DNA from: a bacterium UBP6_UBA1177
Lineage (GTDB): Bacteria; UBP6; UBA1177
Length of the DNA: 64,000 nt
Direction of reading: 5' to 3'
NCBI GenBank assembly: GCA_002310995.1
Contig: DBYV01000055.1
Span: 12,596 to 76,595 of the forward strand
In this document: one piece after another, positions 6,459 to 16,086 of the stretch
How positions within the stretch are numbered: the stretch's first letter is position 1
Layout of the letters: every line of letters starts with the position of its first letter
The notes under the pieces: model-generated
What the model was told of the DNA's origin: nothing
What the model saw: the letters and a program-made list of their open reading frames with translations, nothing else
Databases searched by the model: none
Program-made: the position numbers and the translations under genes

Positions 6459-8153
6459 CTATCTCGCGACACAGCGGACATTACCGCGATCATAGGTTTT
6501 GACAGAATTCATGATTTCGACACCGCTATAGCTGCCGCCGTATGAAATATAACCGGTAAAAACACCCCATGCATAGTCCGGATTATCCGAACGTACGGAA
6601 GATGACCAGAACCAGCTTGAATCACCGAATGTGTTGTATTCGCTGTACTCAGAGTCTTTGTTATTGCACATACAGGATTCTCTGTCTCCGACATCATAAA
6701 CAGAAAGAACGCCTTTTTCCTCGCTTATCGCGCATATTCCTCCGTATTCCGCCTTAGGACACTTTTTGACAAGCGTTCTGAGTTCGTCGATTGTCGGTAT
6801 AAACCACGCCCGGCCTGCGTTTTCCGAATGTCTGAAACAATAATCGACAGCATCTCTCCAATTAATTTTTTCAGAAGACCGTGAAGACCAGACAAGCCCG
6901 CTGGAGTAATCCTTGCACGGAGTCGGACTTTCAGGACTGCATTCCGGCAGATCATTGCTTGCTATACATTTATATCCGTTCCATTTGTATCCCGGAATAC
7001 ACTTAAATCTGCACTCTTTTTTACTTGAAGTCTCGTTGTAAACGCCTGTCAGCGAAGGCTGCCAGGATGAGCCGTCCCAAGTCGAGAATATGTTGGAAAC
7101 GCTGTTCCAGAATGCGTGTTCAGGAAGCCCTTCGCACAGCTGCCGGTGATTGTCGCCCCTGACACAGCGGGCAACACCGTATTCGTTTTTAACTTTTTCC
7201 GCAATACTGCCGGTATAGAGTTCAATACCCCACGCGCTGGCCTCTCTGCCGGAAACCTCTGAAGCAGACCATAGCAGATTCCAGCTTGTATGATTGCTGT
7301 CTATTTTGCTGTAATAACCGTCACTTTTGAGTTCGCATAAATTGCAGTTGTAATTCAGACAATCAGTAGAAAGGCAGCTGTCTGTCACACCGCATCTATC
7401 ACCTGTCCTTGTACCGTGGCAAGCATTAATCAGCGTGCGTGCTTCGCTGATTGAAGGCAGCCTCCAGTCACTGTAACCGCCTTCTGAAAGTTTATCACAA
7501 TAATCGACAGCATCTTCCCAAACCATGGCATTTGATTCTGAAGACCATTCCATGCCGCTGTCTGGATCTTCCCAAGGCTTGCAGCTGTCTGCTGCAGAAT
7601 CACAACCGGCTTTGCATTGCTCCCTGATTTGCCACTTACCGTTAGAACAAATGCGAAGCTTATCGCTTTCACAATGTATTTCCCCCTCTTCTGAAGAGTC
7701 ACAGCCACATTTGCCTGTTGAAGCTATACATTCTGAAAAAGCGCAGTTTTCAATTTTTACCCATATCATTTCGCCGCCGTCTTTATATCCGCAGTAACTT
7801 TTTCCTTTTCGGCACTTATAATCCCGGCAGAAGACATCCTTAGGCAAGGTTTCTTCATATATTGCATCATCTTCTTCAGGTTCATCAACATTTTCCGAAT
7901 CGACATCTTCCAAATCAGCTTCGGCATCATAAGCCTCATCGTCGTCCGGTTCGGTATCATCGGAATAATCTTCATCTCTGACACAGATGTTATGCTCAGT
8001 GTCGCAGATCAGCCCTTCGTTGCAGGTGTTGTTTTTAAAACATTCACCGTAAATTTCACCCTGTTTCCTGTCTGAACCCGAATTGCCGCCACAGCTGACC
8101 ATCATGACAAGCAGAGCCTGAACCGCAAAAATATAAATCATAATTTTTCTCAT
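6459..8153 (-). CDS. lipoprotein with an N-terminal Cys-knot-like motif, an acidic linker, Cys-rich repeats and two DUF1566 (Lcl C-terminal-like) modules
   Basis: Lipobox LLVMMVSC. The N-terminal motif is EGEIYGECFKNNTCNEGLICDTEHNIC. DUF1566 signatures are GYSDWRLPSISEARTLI...ARCVRG and WFIPTIDELRTLV...NVRCVAR. An intermodule motif reads CEGLPEHAFWNSVS...WDGSSWQP...ECRFKCIPGYKWNGYKC. The start lies 4 nt after the upstream gene, and its GAGG RBS sits inside that gene's last codons. Confidence 0.8.
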   Translation of the reverse strand: MRKIMIYIFAVQALLVMMVSCGGNSGSDRKQGEIYGECFKNNTCNEGLICDTEHNICVRDEDYSDDTEPDDDEAYDAEADLEDVDSENVDEPEEDDAIYEETLPKDVFCRDYKCRKGKSYCGYKDGGEMIWVKIENCAFSECIASTGKCGCDSSEEGEIHCESDKLRICSNGKWQIREQCKAGCDSAADSCKPWEDPDSGMEWSSESNAMVWEDAVDYCDKLSEGGYSDWRLPSISEARTLINACHGTRTGDRCGVTDSCLSTDCLNYNCNLCELKSDGYYSKIDSNHTSWNLLWSASEVSGREASAWGIELYTGSIAEKVKNEYGVARCVRGDNHRQLCEGLPEHAFWNSVSNIFSTWDGSSWQPSLTGVYNETSSKKECRFKCIPGYKWNGYKCIASNDLPECSPESPTPCKDYSSGLVWSSRSSEKINWRDAVDYCFRHSENAGRAWFIPTIDELRTLVKKCPKAEYGGICAISEEKGVLSVYDVGDRESCMCNNKDSEYSEYNTFGDSSWFWSSSVRSDNPDYAWGVFTGYISYGGSYSGVEIMNSVKTYDRGNVRCVAR

Positions 8154-8157
8154 TTTT

Positions 8158-10332
8158 CTACCTCACGCAGCGGAAAGTTTGTCCGTATTCCAGCGAACAT
8201 GATTTGATTCCGGCTTCACTGAAATCAATACACCACACATTTTCAAAACCGGATATGATTTTACCGGTTTTTGAAGCAGATGAAATAAGTTCATACATAA
8301 ATTTACTATGGAACTTGCTATAAGCAGCTTCACCGTAACGGCATTTGCAATCTGTTCTTGCCCAGCAGTTGTCTATCAATAGACACTCATCCGTAACACC
8401 GCACACTCCGCCAGGTTCTGTAGCAGGGCAGTTCACGATCAAAGTCCTGAGCTCGCCGATTGTCGGCAGACGCCAGTCATCAATCACTCCTTCGACAAGA
8501 TTGTCACAGTAATTTTGAGCGTCATCAAGCATCATCATTTCTGATGGTTTATCAGACCAGATGAGACCGGTAGCGGAATCTCTGCACGGCATAGGGCTTT
8601 CAGGACCGCACTCAGAAAGAGCTTCAGGGTTTTTCAAAGTGCATTTTGAATCGTTCCACTTATAACCGGGATAGCATTTGAATCTGCATTCGGTTTTGCT
8701 CGGAGTTTCGTTATAGACTCCGGCTGTGCTTGGCTGGCACGATGTCTCGTCGCATGTCTGCAATATGCTTGAAACACTGTTCCAGACCGCATTTTCAGGA
8801 AGTCCGGTACATGGAACATTCACTTTTTTCACGCAGCGGACACTGCCTTTGCTATATACTTCGTCTGTACCGAATGACAGAATTTGAGCTTTATCAAAGT
8901 TCACACCCCACACATCATCAGGGTAATCTGTTAGTTTAGATGAAGATAAAAAATCTCCTTCATCACCGAATTTGCTGTATATGACGTAAATACCCCCGTT
9001 GCCGCCGATACCGTTACAATCATTATCACATTGGCTGTATGAGTATTCGCAAGCTGTTGAAGAAAGGCAGTCATCTGTAATCCTGCAGTCCCCTCCCGTA
9101 ACCGTCCAACGACAGTTCTGAATCAGCGTGCGCAGTTCGCTGATTGTCGGCAGATGCCAATCACTGTAACCACCTTCGACAAGATTGTCACAGTAATCAA
9201 CGGCATCATAGTGTAACATTTCATAAGGAGCCTTCGCAGACCAGACAAGACCGCTTGATGAATCATAGCACGGTGTAGGACTTCCATGGCTGCATTCGGA
9301 AATAGCTTTAAGATCCTGCAAAGCGCATTTCGAACCGTCCCATTTGTATCCCGGATTACATATAAACCTGCATTCAGTGTCACTCGGCTTTTCATTGTAG
9401 GAAGCCGCATCAGCAGGCTGCCAAGACGAACCGTCCCACATCTGCGGAATACTTGAAAAAACGTTCCATGAAGCACCATCCGGAAGTCCTTCGCACTGTT
9501 TCTGGCGTGAATAACTTCCCACGCAACGAATTGTAGCTCCATCCTTAAGAGAAGTGATCCCTATGCTGGCACTGCCGAAACTGACCAACCACAAATCTCC
9601 TCCGTAATCACTTCTGGAAGAAGAGCATAAGGCAACATTCTGATCATCACCTATTTTGCTGTAGTAACCGCCGTTGTCATCAATAAATTCATCTTTTCCT
9701 ATCTGCTGCGTCCACTCGGCTTTCCAGGAACAGTCGCATCTCCACATATCGAGATCATCATACCATGAGAGAGTGCCTGCCTCTTCGCTTATTTTGCAAA
9801 ATCCGTAAGGTTCAGTATCGGGACAATTCTGAATCAGTGTTCTGAGTTCATCAATTGTCGGCATTTTCCAATCGCCAAAACCGCCTTCAACAAGGTTGTC
9901 ACAGAATGAAACGAGGTCATCCAATGTTGCCGGTCCTGGAATTGAATGCTTCTCCGACCATATCAAACCGGTTTTCGGATCTTTCCAGTTTTCATCTTCG
10001 TTTTTTGAAGGGTCAGTATCGTTTTTTTCGTCTGAATCGGAATCTTCATCTGAAATTGTCTCTGACTCCGTGTCGTCATCTGCCTCAGTATTATTGGTAT
10101 CATCAAAATCTTCATTATCCGGAATTTCTGCATCTTCGTCAACAGTATCATCTTTTATGCATGTGTTGCTTTCCGTGTCACAGACCAGTCCGTCATTACA
10201 AGTATTGTTAGGATAACATCTCCCGTAAATTTCGCCTTCTTTTCTGCCTGAATCAGAATTGCCGCATCCTGTTGTCAGAATCAAAAGCACTGAAATTACC
10301 GTAATACAAAAAACTGTTGTGATTTTCTTCAT
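8158..10332 (-). CDS. lipoprotein with three DUF1566 modules separated by the GLP..W(D/N)GS.WQP Cys-rich module
   Basis: The ATG at 10332 follows a GAGG RBS; the track start at 10347 is a TTG. Lipobox ILTTGC. The N-terminal motif is EGEIYGRCYPNNTCNDGLVCDTESNTC. The three DUF1566 cores are GFGDWKMPTIDELRTLIQNC, GYSDWHLPTISELRTLIQNC and IDDWRLPTIGELRTLIVNC. Each module ends in (I/V/F)RCV. Confidence 0.8.
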   Translation of the reverse strand: MKKITTVFCITVISVLLILTTGCGNSDSGRKEGEIYGRCYPNNTCNDGLVCDTESNTCIKDDTVDEDAEIPDNEDFDDTNNTEADDDTESETISDEDSDSDEKNDTDPSKNEDENWKDPKTGLIWSEKHSIPGPATLDDLVSFCDNLVEGGFGDWKMPTIDELRTLIQNCPDTEPYGFCKISEEAGTLSWYDDLDMWRCDCSWKAEWTQQIGKDEFIDDNGGYYSKIGDDQNVALCSSSRSDYGGDLWLVSFGSASIGITSLKDGATIRCVGSYSRQKQCEGLPDGASWNVFSSIPQMWDGSSWQPADAASYNEKPSDTECRFICNPGYKWDGSKCALQDLKAISECSHGSPTPCYDSSSGLVWSAKAPYEMLHYDAVDYCDNLVEGGYSDWHLPTISELRTLIQNCRWTVTGGDCRITDDCLSSTACEYSYSQCDNDCNGIGGNGGIYVIYSKFGDEGDFLSSSKLTDYPDDVWGVNFDKAQILSFGTDEVYSKGSVRCVKKVNVPCTGLPENAVWNSVSSILQTCDETSCQPSTAGVYNETPSKTECRFKCYPGYKWNDSKCTLKNPEALSECGPESPMPCRDSATGLIWSDKPSEMMMLDDAQNYCDNLVEGVIDDWRLPTIGELRTLIVNCPATEPGGVCGVTDECLLIDNCWARTDCKCRYGEAAYSKFHSKFMYELISSASKTGKIISGFENVWCIDFSEAGIKSCSLEYGQTFRCVR

Positions 10333-10369
10333 TTCGGAACCTCGCAAAATTTCTAATTACAACCTATGA

Positions 10370-10397
10370 ATTTTACGAGTTAAGCTGAACAAGTCAA
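10370..10397 (-). promoter_or_regulatory. sigma-70-type promoter cassette copy 3 (upstream of the 8158-10332 gene)
   Basis: Minus strand: TTGACT (10397-10392), spacer TGTTCAGCTTAACTCG, TAAAAT (10375-10370), then TCA. Confidence 0.55.
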
Positions 10398-10439
10398 TGA
10401 GAGGAATTTTCAGAGGTGCTAGCTGACACGTCTTATTAT

Positions 10440-12011
10440 TTATTTGGGAGCGATACCGGGTTTCTGCGCGACTTCGTACCATGTGAAGTTGTCAAGAAGA
10501 ACCATGCTGTCAAGATCGTGGTCTCTTGTATCCCAAATTGCCATTCTGAGTTTGAAATCCTCGCCGGGATTTATGTTTCCGCGGACTTCAAGCCAGCCTG
10601 TCGCGCCATGAGCTTCCGTCATATTTATAGCTCCGCAGCCAGGCGTGGTGAAAGGTGTACCTTTAAGGTCAGCGTCGCCCTGGCAGCTTGGATAAGCCTG
10701 TCTTGGGCAGCAGACATTGAAAAGACCTGATTTTGCAAGATTTATACCGAGCGGATTTTTGTTTCCGTCCATCGCAATATTTTTGTCGGAAGGATTCTGG
10801 AGATTCGGATCTGTTGATGTATAAGCGGTGTCGAGAAGCATAACGAAAAAGTCATTATAGTCGCAGACATACTGAGGGAACTCGCTGCTTATATAGTAAA
10901 CACCGACACCAAAAGCAGCCGCATTCTTCGGAGCACGAACCATCAGTTCGAGCATAACAGGGTCGTTTACCGGTGGCTTCCCCGGATCTCCGCCCGTGTT
11001 TATGAAACCGCCCTGACATGCAGGTGAATCAGGGAAACTTACTCCGCCTACAGCCTGGAACCAGTCTGCCGGAGCATCGCTCGAAGTGTTGTTATCAATA
11101 TGCAGATCATCAGAAGTCGCTACATTTACCTTGCCAGTAGAAAAAGCGAGGAACGAATTTCCAGCCTTCGGAACAAGAACATTTCCGAATTGTCCGAGAA
11201 CCGCGTGCTGCTGAGCCGGAATTTCGCCTTCGGTTCCGTCAGGGAAAAGAAGTTTTGCGCTGAGAACGCCAAAAGTCTGAGTTTCCGTAACAGGACACAG
11301 ATCAATCGACTGAGCCATATCCATAGGATTTGTCGTATCCTGGGCAATCCCTGTGTCACATGCAGAGACAACTTCATCGATCTGGCCGTTACAGTTGTCA
11401 TCTACACCGTTTTCCGGCACTTCAAAAGATGACGGATTTACTTTTTCGGGATCGCCGATGCAGTCCCATGTCGTTTCACAGCAGTCACCCGTGCAATATG
11501 TATAACCATCACCGTCATGATCAACAGCTGCTTCCGGAGTAAGATCATTTCCGTCACAATCCTGGTCTATGCCGTCGCTGCAAACCTCTGATTGCGGCAG
11601 AACCTGACCGCGGCATTCGCTCCAGTCCGTCCCGTCCTCGACACACTCTGCAATACCTTCCTTACATATTCCTACACCTGCCGTTCCACTCGGTCCTTCA
11701 TAGCACGGACGCGTTTCGCCGGGTGTACATGTGACATAAATTCCACCATCGTTGTGATCCGCATCATCATCAGGAATCTGATTACCGTCAGTTGCATCTC
11801 CATCCTGACTCTCGTCAGAAGTGCTGCTGCCGTTTTCATCAGCTTTGCCTTCGTCTCCAGGAGCATTTTCCGGGATACATTCACCTTTCCCGAGATTACA
11901 GGTATAACCTGTACCGCAGTCTTCATTGCTGGAGCATTCATCTCCGCCACCACCGCATGCCGTCACAACAAAAGCCAAAAGTGCAATAAAACCCCAAAAC
12001 ACTTTTTTCAT
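10440..12011 (-). CDS. lipoprotein with MopE-like putative metal-binding Cys repeats and a C-terminal choice-of-anchor-L-like domain
   Basis: A GGAGAA RBS precedes the ATG at 12011. Lipobox VVTAC. The Cys repeats read EVCSDGIDQDCDGND and ENGVDDNCNGQIDE. The C-terminal ~300 aa contain YYISSEFPQYVCDYNDFFVMLLD, reminiscent of the SEEYPE...NDVF core of choice-of-anchor L. That match is from memory and unverified. Confidence 0.6.
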   Translation of the reverse strand: MKKVFWGFIALLAFVVTACGGGGDECSSNEDCGTGYTCNLGKGECIPENAPGDEGKADENGSSTSDESQDGDATDGNQIPDDDADHNDGGIYVTCTPGETRPCYEGPSGTAGVGICKEGIAECVEDGTDWSECRGQVLPQSEVCSDGIDQDCDGNDLTPEAAVDHDGDGYTYCTGDCCETTWDCIGDPEKVNPSSFEVPENGVDDNCNGQIDEVVSACDTGIAQDTTNPMDMAQSIDLCPVTETQTFGVLSAKLLFPDGTEGEIPAQQHAVLGQFGNVLVPKAGNSFLAFSTGKVNVATSDDLHIDNNTSSDAPADWFQAVGGVSFPDSPACQGGFINTGGDPGKPPVNDPVMLELMVRAPKNAAAFGVGVYYISSEFPQYVCDYNDFFVMLLDTAYTSTDPNLQNPSDKNIAMDGNKNPLGINLAKSGLFNVCCPRQAYPSCQGDADLKGTPFTTPGCGAINMTEAHGATGWLEVRGNINPGEDFKLRMAIWDTRDHDLDSMVLLDNFTWYEVAQKPGIAPK

Positions 12012-12048
12012 CACTTTCTCCACTAAAAAAACTTCGAAAAAACAGTAG

Positions 12049-12076
12049 ATTTTATTGAAAAAATATTTTTATGCAA
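12049..12076 (-). promoter_or_regulatory. putative promoter of the 10440-12011 gene
   Basis: Minus strand: TTGCAT (12076-12071), 16-nt spacer, TAAAAT (12054-12049). Confidence 0.45.
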
Positions 12077-12101
12077 CTCAAAAAAGGCCGTACAACCGGA
12101 G

Positions 12102-13808
12102 TTATTTCTTTTTAACCGGAATTTCAAGAATAAACGCCGCGCCGCCAAGCGCCGAATCGCCGATGTAAAGTTTCCCTCCCGCTTCTGTGGCGAGTTTTTT
12201 CGAATGACTGAGCCCTATCCCTGTACCGCCTGGCTTATTGGTGTAGAAATTCTTAAAAACCACTTCACGCTCGCTCTGCGGGACACCTTTTCCAGAATCT
12301 TCAACCGAAATGACGGCAAAATTTCCGTTTCTAGCAATATTTACCGCTATCTTTCCGCCGTTTTCAAGTTCTTCCCACGCATTTTTCAGCAGATTGAGCA
12401 TAATTTCCTTGAATGACGAGATGGAAATCGAAATCGAAAGAGGCTCGCTCTTCCCGACTGTCAGCTCGATATTCCTCTTCTGCAGTTCCGGAAGATGGAA
12501 TGAAAGAAATTCTATCAGATCGGAAGGAAGCGACACTCCGTGTTCACTCTCACCGTTCCTGTTGTAATTAACCATCCCCATATATTTGTTCGTAATCTGC
12601 TCAAGCCGTTCGACTTCGTTCACGACAAGAGAAAGAAGCTGTTTTTTCTCATCAGATTCCGTTTTTTCTACGTTGTTGAGCAAATAAGTGCTGTTCATCT
12701 TGATAGTGTTCAGCGGATTTCTGATTTCGTGAGTGATTCTGGCTGCCATCTCTCCTATTGAAGCAAGACGCTCCGAATTCAGCAGTTTGCTCGAAAGCTC
12801 TTCGGATTTGGTTATATTCCTTATAATATAAAAAGTTTCATTCTGCCCTTGAGAGACAGACAGCTGATAAGTCTCTTCGCCGCTTGAAAATTTGCCTTCA
12901 GAGCCGTCAGTTCCGATTTTGTCAAAAACGGTTTTTACATCTTCACCTATCGCTGAACCATCCACTCCGAACCAGTCTTTCATGGTTTTATTCACAAAAG
13001 TCACATGTCCGGATGCAGCCGCAGAAAGCCCTTCCGGAATGGCATTGAGAAGATCCTCTTTCCTTTTTCCGACAATCTGCTCCCTGGCGAATTTCTTTCC
13101 GAGTTCGTCGAATTCTGCACTTTTCGCATCGGTCAGTTTTTTTATCTCTTCAGCAGCAGCATCTGCCGAAGCGTTCTCTCCGACACCTATCAGAGCAAAC
13201 AGCTTTCCCATATTCTTATTCTTTCTGAAAATAAGAACAGTCATGACAACTGTTATCAGAAGAAAGAGCGCTGAAACAGCTATAACAGTTTTGTTTATGA
13301 AGTCATGCCAAACAAAGTAGCTGTATTTCAAAATACCGAGTTTCTGTCTTGCCGCGAGATCAATCATATCTTTCAAAGTCGAGATATCACCCCTCAAAGC
13401 CGCAATAATCTGAGCCCTTTCCTCCGCATCAGATTCAGCAAGACGTTCGCCTCCGGCTGAAATTTTTCCGGCGAAATCACCTATCTTCACGGCAAGATGT
13501 TCTCCGCTTTCATTTTTTACCAAAGAAACATTTCTGCCTAATGACCTTAAAGATGTTAACAGAAAATCGTTAAGATGCCCGTTATTCTCAGCATTTTCTC
13601 CCGTTCCGTCCATGAACTTCCCGTAAAAAACAACAAAGTTATCAAGAGAATCAAGTTCAGCCGAGAGATTTCCTGCATGAACAAAAAATGATCTGTCTTC
13701 TTCAATCGCATCACTCAGAAGATCTGAATCTGTAAAATTAAAACAGACAAAAAGAAACAGAAAAAATGAAAATAAAAGAGGTAAAAAAATTAGGAACTTA
13801 TTCTTCAA
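12102..13808 (-). CDS. sensor histidine kinase (orphan; no adjacent response regulator)
   Basis: H-box SIGEMAARITHEIRNPLN and HATPase_c boxes NLLKNAWEE, DSGKGV and GGTGIGLS. Two TM segments bracket a periplasmic region of about 150 aa. A PAS-like segment precedes HisKA. Confidence 0.85.
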   Translation of the reverse strand: MKNKFLIFLPLLFSFFLFLFVCFNFTDSDLLSDAIEEDRSFFVHAGNLSAELDSLDNFVVFYGKFMDGTGENAENNGHLNDFLLTSLRSLGRNVSLVKNESGEHLAVKIGDFAGKISAGGERLAESDAEERAQIIAALRGDISTLKDMIDLAARQKLGILKYSYFVWHDFINKTVIAVSALFLLITVVMTVLIFRKNKNMGKLFALIGVGENASADAAAEEIKKLTDAKSAEFDELGKKFAREQIVGKRKEDLLNAIPEGLSAAASGHVTFVNKTMKDWFGVDGSAIGEDVKTVFDKIGTDGSEGKFSSGEETYQLSVSQGQNETFYIIRNITKSEELSSKLLNSERLASIGEMAARITHEIRNPLNTIKMNSTYLLNNVEKTESDEKKQLLSLVVNEVERLEQITNKYMGMVNYNRNGESEHGVSLPSDLIEFLSFHLPELQKRNIELTVGKSEPLSISISISSFKEIMLNLLKNAWEELENGGKIAVNIARNGNFAVISVEDSGKGVPQSEREVVFKNFYTNKPGGTGIGLSHSKKLATEAGGKLYIGDSALGGAAFILEIPVKKK

Positions 13809-15072
13809 TCTCGCCCGAGACCGCAGTGTCGCCCGCTTCGAGAGCGGTGATGCTGTTTGTAATGATTGCTACGGAAGTTTTTTCAGCAACCTGAATAACG
13901 ACAAGTTCTCCGATCATTTCGTAAGGAAGACCGGCCGGAGACGATTTGCCCTCAAATTCTTTAAGACCGTCGCCCTTTCTGTAAACAGAGAGCATAACGC
14001 CTTTTTCAACACCGTCGTCGCTACCTTTATCAAGGTAAACAATGTAGTTGGGACCATAGAAGAAAGTCGGGTCATAACCGGTGAGAATCTTCGCTCTGAT
14101 GTCAGAAGCGGGTTCTGTAACCTTTACGCTGTCTTCCGTCGGAACATATTCGCGGACATAGAAACCGCGCTCGATAGCATCGTAAGATTTTACGATTTTA
14201 ACGGTAGCAATCTGTGTGTCTTTGTCGTCATCATCATCGTCTTTCTTCTTTTTGCCGATATCGAGAACTTTTCCTCTGCCGACTATATCAACGATAGAAC
14301 CAATTTTATCACCGGTGTCTGGATGTTTGATTGTTTCCTTGACATTGATGATTTCAACATAATCGCCGATCTGGAAATGGGGTTTCTCCTTCTTCTTTCC
14401 GTCCTTGTCTTCCTCTTCATCTTCATCGTCACCAAGTTCGACATAGATGTTATCGCCGGTTGAGAGGAGCTCTTTCGGCTCGAATGAAGCGATTATTTTC
14501 GCCATTTTTTCTTCTTCGGTATTGCCTACAAAACCTTTCTGAACTACATCAAAAATGGTGTCGTCAATCTGTTTGAACCTGTCAACCCTGTATTTGCCGC
14601 CCAGTTTTACATAACTTTTGTAACTTTCTGGCGTAGCATCAAGCGTTTTTCCGGTCTGAGCAAGAGAATCAGTCTCGCCTTCGTCCTCATATTCGGCACC
14701 TGATTCGCTGTATCCGCTCTCGTCAGCATATCCGCCGTTCGCACCTGCTCCTTCTTCGCCGGGCATCATCATTTCACCGGTCGGACGGAAAGAGATTTTG
14801 TCACCGGGATAAATTCTGTGCGGGTTCTGGATCTGCGGGTTAAGAGACCATACTTTAGGCCAGTACCACGGACTTTTAAGCTCTTTTTCGCTTATATCCC
14901 AAAGCGTGTCACCTGGCGCAACTTCATAAGTTTCAGGAGCGGCACTAAGGTCTACATTGTCGAGATTGATAAAATCTGGAACCGGAACTTCTTCAGCGCT
15001 TGCCGGTGGAACTTCTTCAGCAAACATAAGAGTCGAAAACATCAAAACGAAAGCAAAAATCATCGTTTTCAT
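13798..15072 (-). CDS. secreted LysM-domain protein with D/E/K-rich linkers
   Basis: An AAGGAG RBS precedes the ATG at 15072. The signal peptide is MKTMIFAFVLMFSTLMFA. The LysM motif is YEVAPGDTLWDIS...NPHRIYPGDKISF. The stop overlaps the kinase start by 11 nt. Confidence 0.75.
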   Translation of the reverse strand: MKTMIFAFVLMFSTLMFAEEVPPASAEEVPVPDFINLDNVDLSAAPETYEVAPGDTLWDISEKELKSPWYWPKVWSLNPQIQNPHRIYPGDKISFRPTGEMMMPGEEGAGANGGYADESGYSESGAEYEDEGETDSLAQTGKTLDATPESYKSYVKLGGKYRVDRFKQIDDTIFDVVQKGFVGNTEEEKMAKIIASFEPKELLSTGDNIYVELGDDEDEEEDKDGKKKEKPHFQIGDYVEIINVKETIKHPDTGDKIGSIVDIVGRGKVLDIGKKKKDDDDDDKDTQIATVKIVKSYDAIERGFYVREYVPTEDSVKVTEPASDIRAKILTGYDPTFFYGPNYIVYLDKGSDDGVEKGVMLSVYRKGDGLKEFEGKSSPAGLPYEMIGELVVIQVAEKTSVAIITNSITALEAGDTAVSGEIEE

Positions 15073-15271
15073 CGAAAACTCCTTATATCTAATCATAAGA
15101 TCAAACAAAATAGCCGGGTCATATTACGCAAAAACGCGATTTTGTCAATTTAATTAAATACAATCTACTGAAAATATGAGATTTTTCGATTTTCAATATT
15201 AATAAACAGGGCAAAATTCCAATTTTTCACCTTTTTCATATAATCTTTAAGTGTGTTCGACGGAGGTAAAA

Positions 15272-15940
15272 ATGGAAATCAAAAAAATTCCGGTAGCTCC
15301 CATAGGAGCGAACTGTTACATCGTTTCTGAAAAGGAAAATGCTTTTATAATTGATCCGGGTGGTGATGCCGATTGCATCATAAAAGCTACGGAAAATCTG
15401 AAAGTTAAGGGAATTATGCTGACTCACACCCATTTTGACCATATCGGCGCACTGAACGACCTCGTCCAAGCTTTTCCCGGAATAGAAATCGAAGTTCCAG
15501 AACTTGAATCAGACTGGCTTTTTGACCCCGAGCTCAATCTATCAGCGCTTTTCGACGGAGGCTTCGTTTTCAAAGGAAAAGTAACAAAACTGCTTTCAGA
15601 CAAAGCGGTGGAAAATTTTCTGTCAGGCTACAAAATTCATATAATCCACACACCAGGACACACTCCCGGAAGCACCTGCTTTTACATCAATCAGTCAGAT
15701 GACGAGACAGCAGACTGCAAAAATCCTGTCCTTTTTTCTGGCGACACTCTTTTCAGGAACAGCATTGGAAGAACCGATTTCCCCGGCGGTGACGGAAGAA
15801 AAATCATTGAAAGCATCAAAAACAAACTGCTTATCCTGCCGGATGAAACGGTTGTTTATCCCGGTCATGACGAAAACACTTCAATTGCGATGGAAAAAAA
15901 GTTCAATCCTTTTTTAAAACATTACAGCGTGACGTCGTAA
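15272..15940 (+). CDS. MBL-fold metallo-hydrolase (glyoxalase II-like)
   Basis: A GGAGG RBS precedes the ATG at 15272. Motifs: [11 protein letters not shown] (HxHxDH), [15 protein letters not shown] and a C-terminal PGH. Confidence 0.8.
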   Translation: MEIKKIPVAPIGANCYIVSEKENAFIIDPGGDADCIIKATENLKVKGIMLTHTHFDHIGALNDLVQAFPGIEIEVPELESDWLFDPELNLSALFDGGFVFKGKVTKLLSDKAVENFLSGYKIHIIHTPGHTPGSTCFYINQSDDETADCKNPVLFSGDTLFRNSIGRTDFPGGDGRKIIESIKNKLLILPDETVVYPGHDENTSIAMEKKFNPFLKHYSVTS

Positions 15941-16086
15941 CGTCGTTCTTGTCGACGCGCCGGAATCAGGATCGTTATACCGTGATACCGTATATAACGT
16001 TATTCCGACGGCGCGAATCGTTATCACGACGAAATTTTACTTTCCCGAAAATCCTGTTAATATTCGCGGCTTTTTTGGGAGGCTGT
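15941..16086 (+). promoter_or_regulatory. structured 146-nt leader upstream of cysD (candidate cis-regulatory RNA or operator region)
   Basis: Nested complementary segments are present: CGTCG/CGACG (15941-45 with 15952-56); GCGCCGGAAT with ATTCCG..GGCGC (15957-66 with 16002-14); CGTTATA/TATAACG (15973-79 with 15993-99). The loop CGTGATA (15981-87) is complementary to TATCACG (16022-28). CAGGAT (15967-72) is complementary to ATCCTG (16051-56). Confidence 0.4.

Noticed and set aside
15949-16086. Long form of cysD starting at 15949 (track ORF, 339 aa)
   Set aside because: The extra 46 residues have no CysD homology. They overlap the palindromic leader. A GGGAGG RBS sits right before the ATG at 16087, where family homology begins.
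15941-16086. Known SAM-type (S-box and relatives) riboswitch in the cysD leader
   Set aside because: I could not find the conserved S-box core or other SAM-class signatures by eye. It is kept only as an unclassified structured leader pending an Rfam scan.
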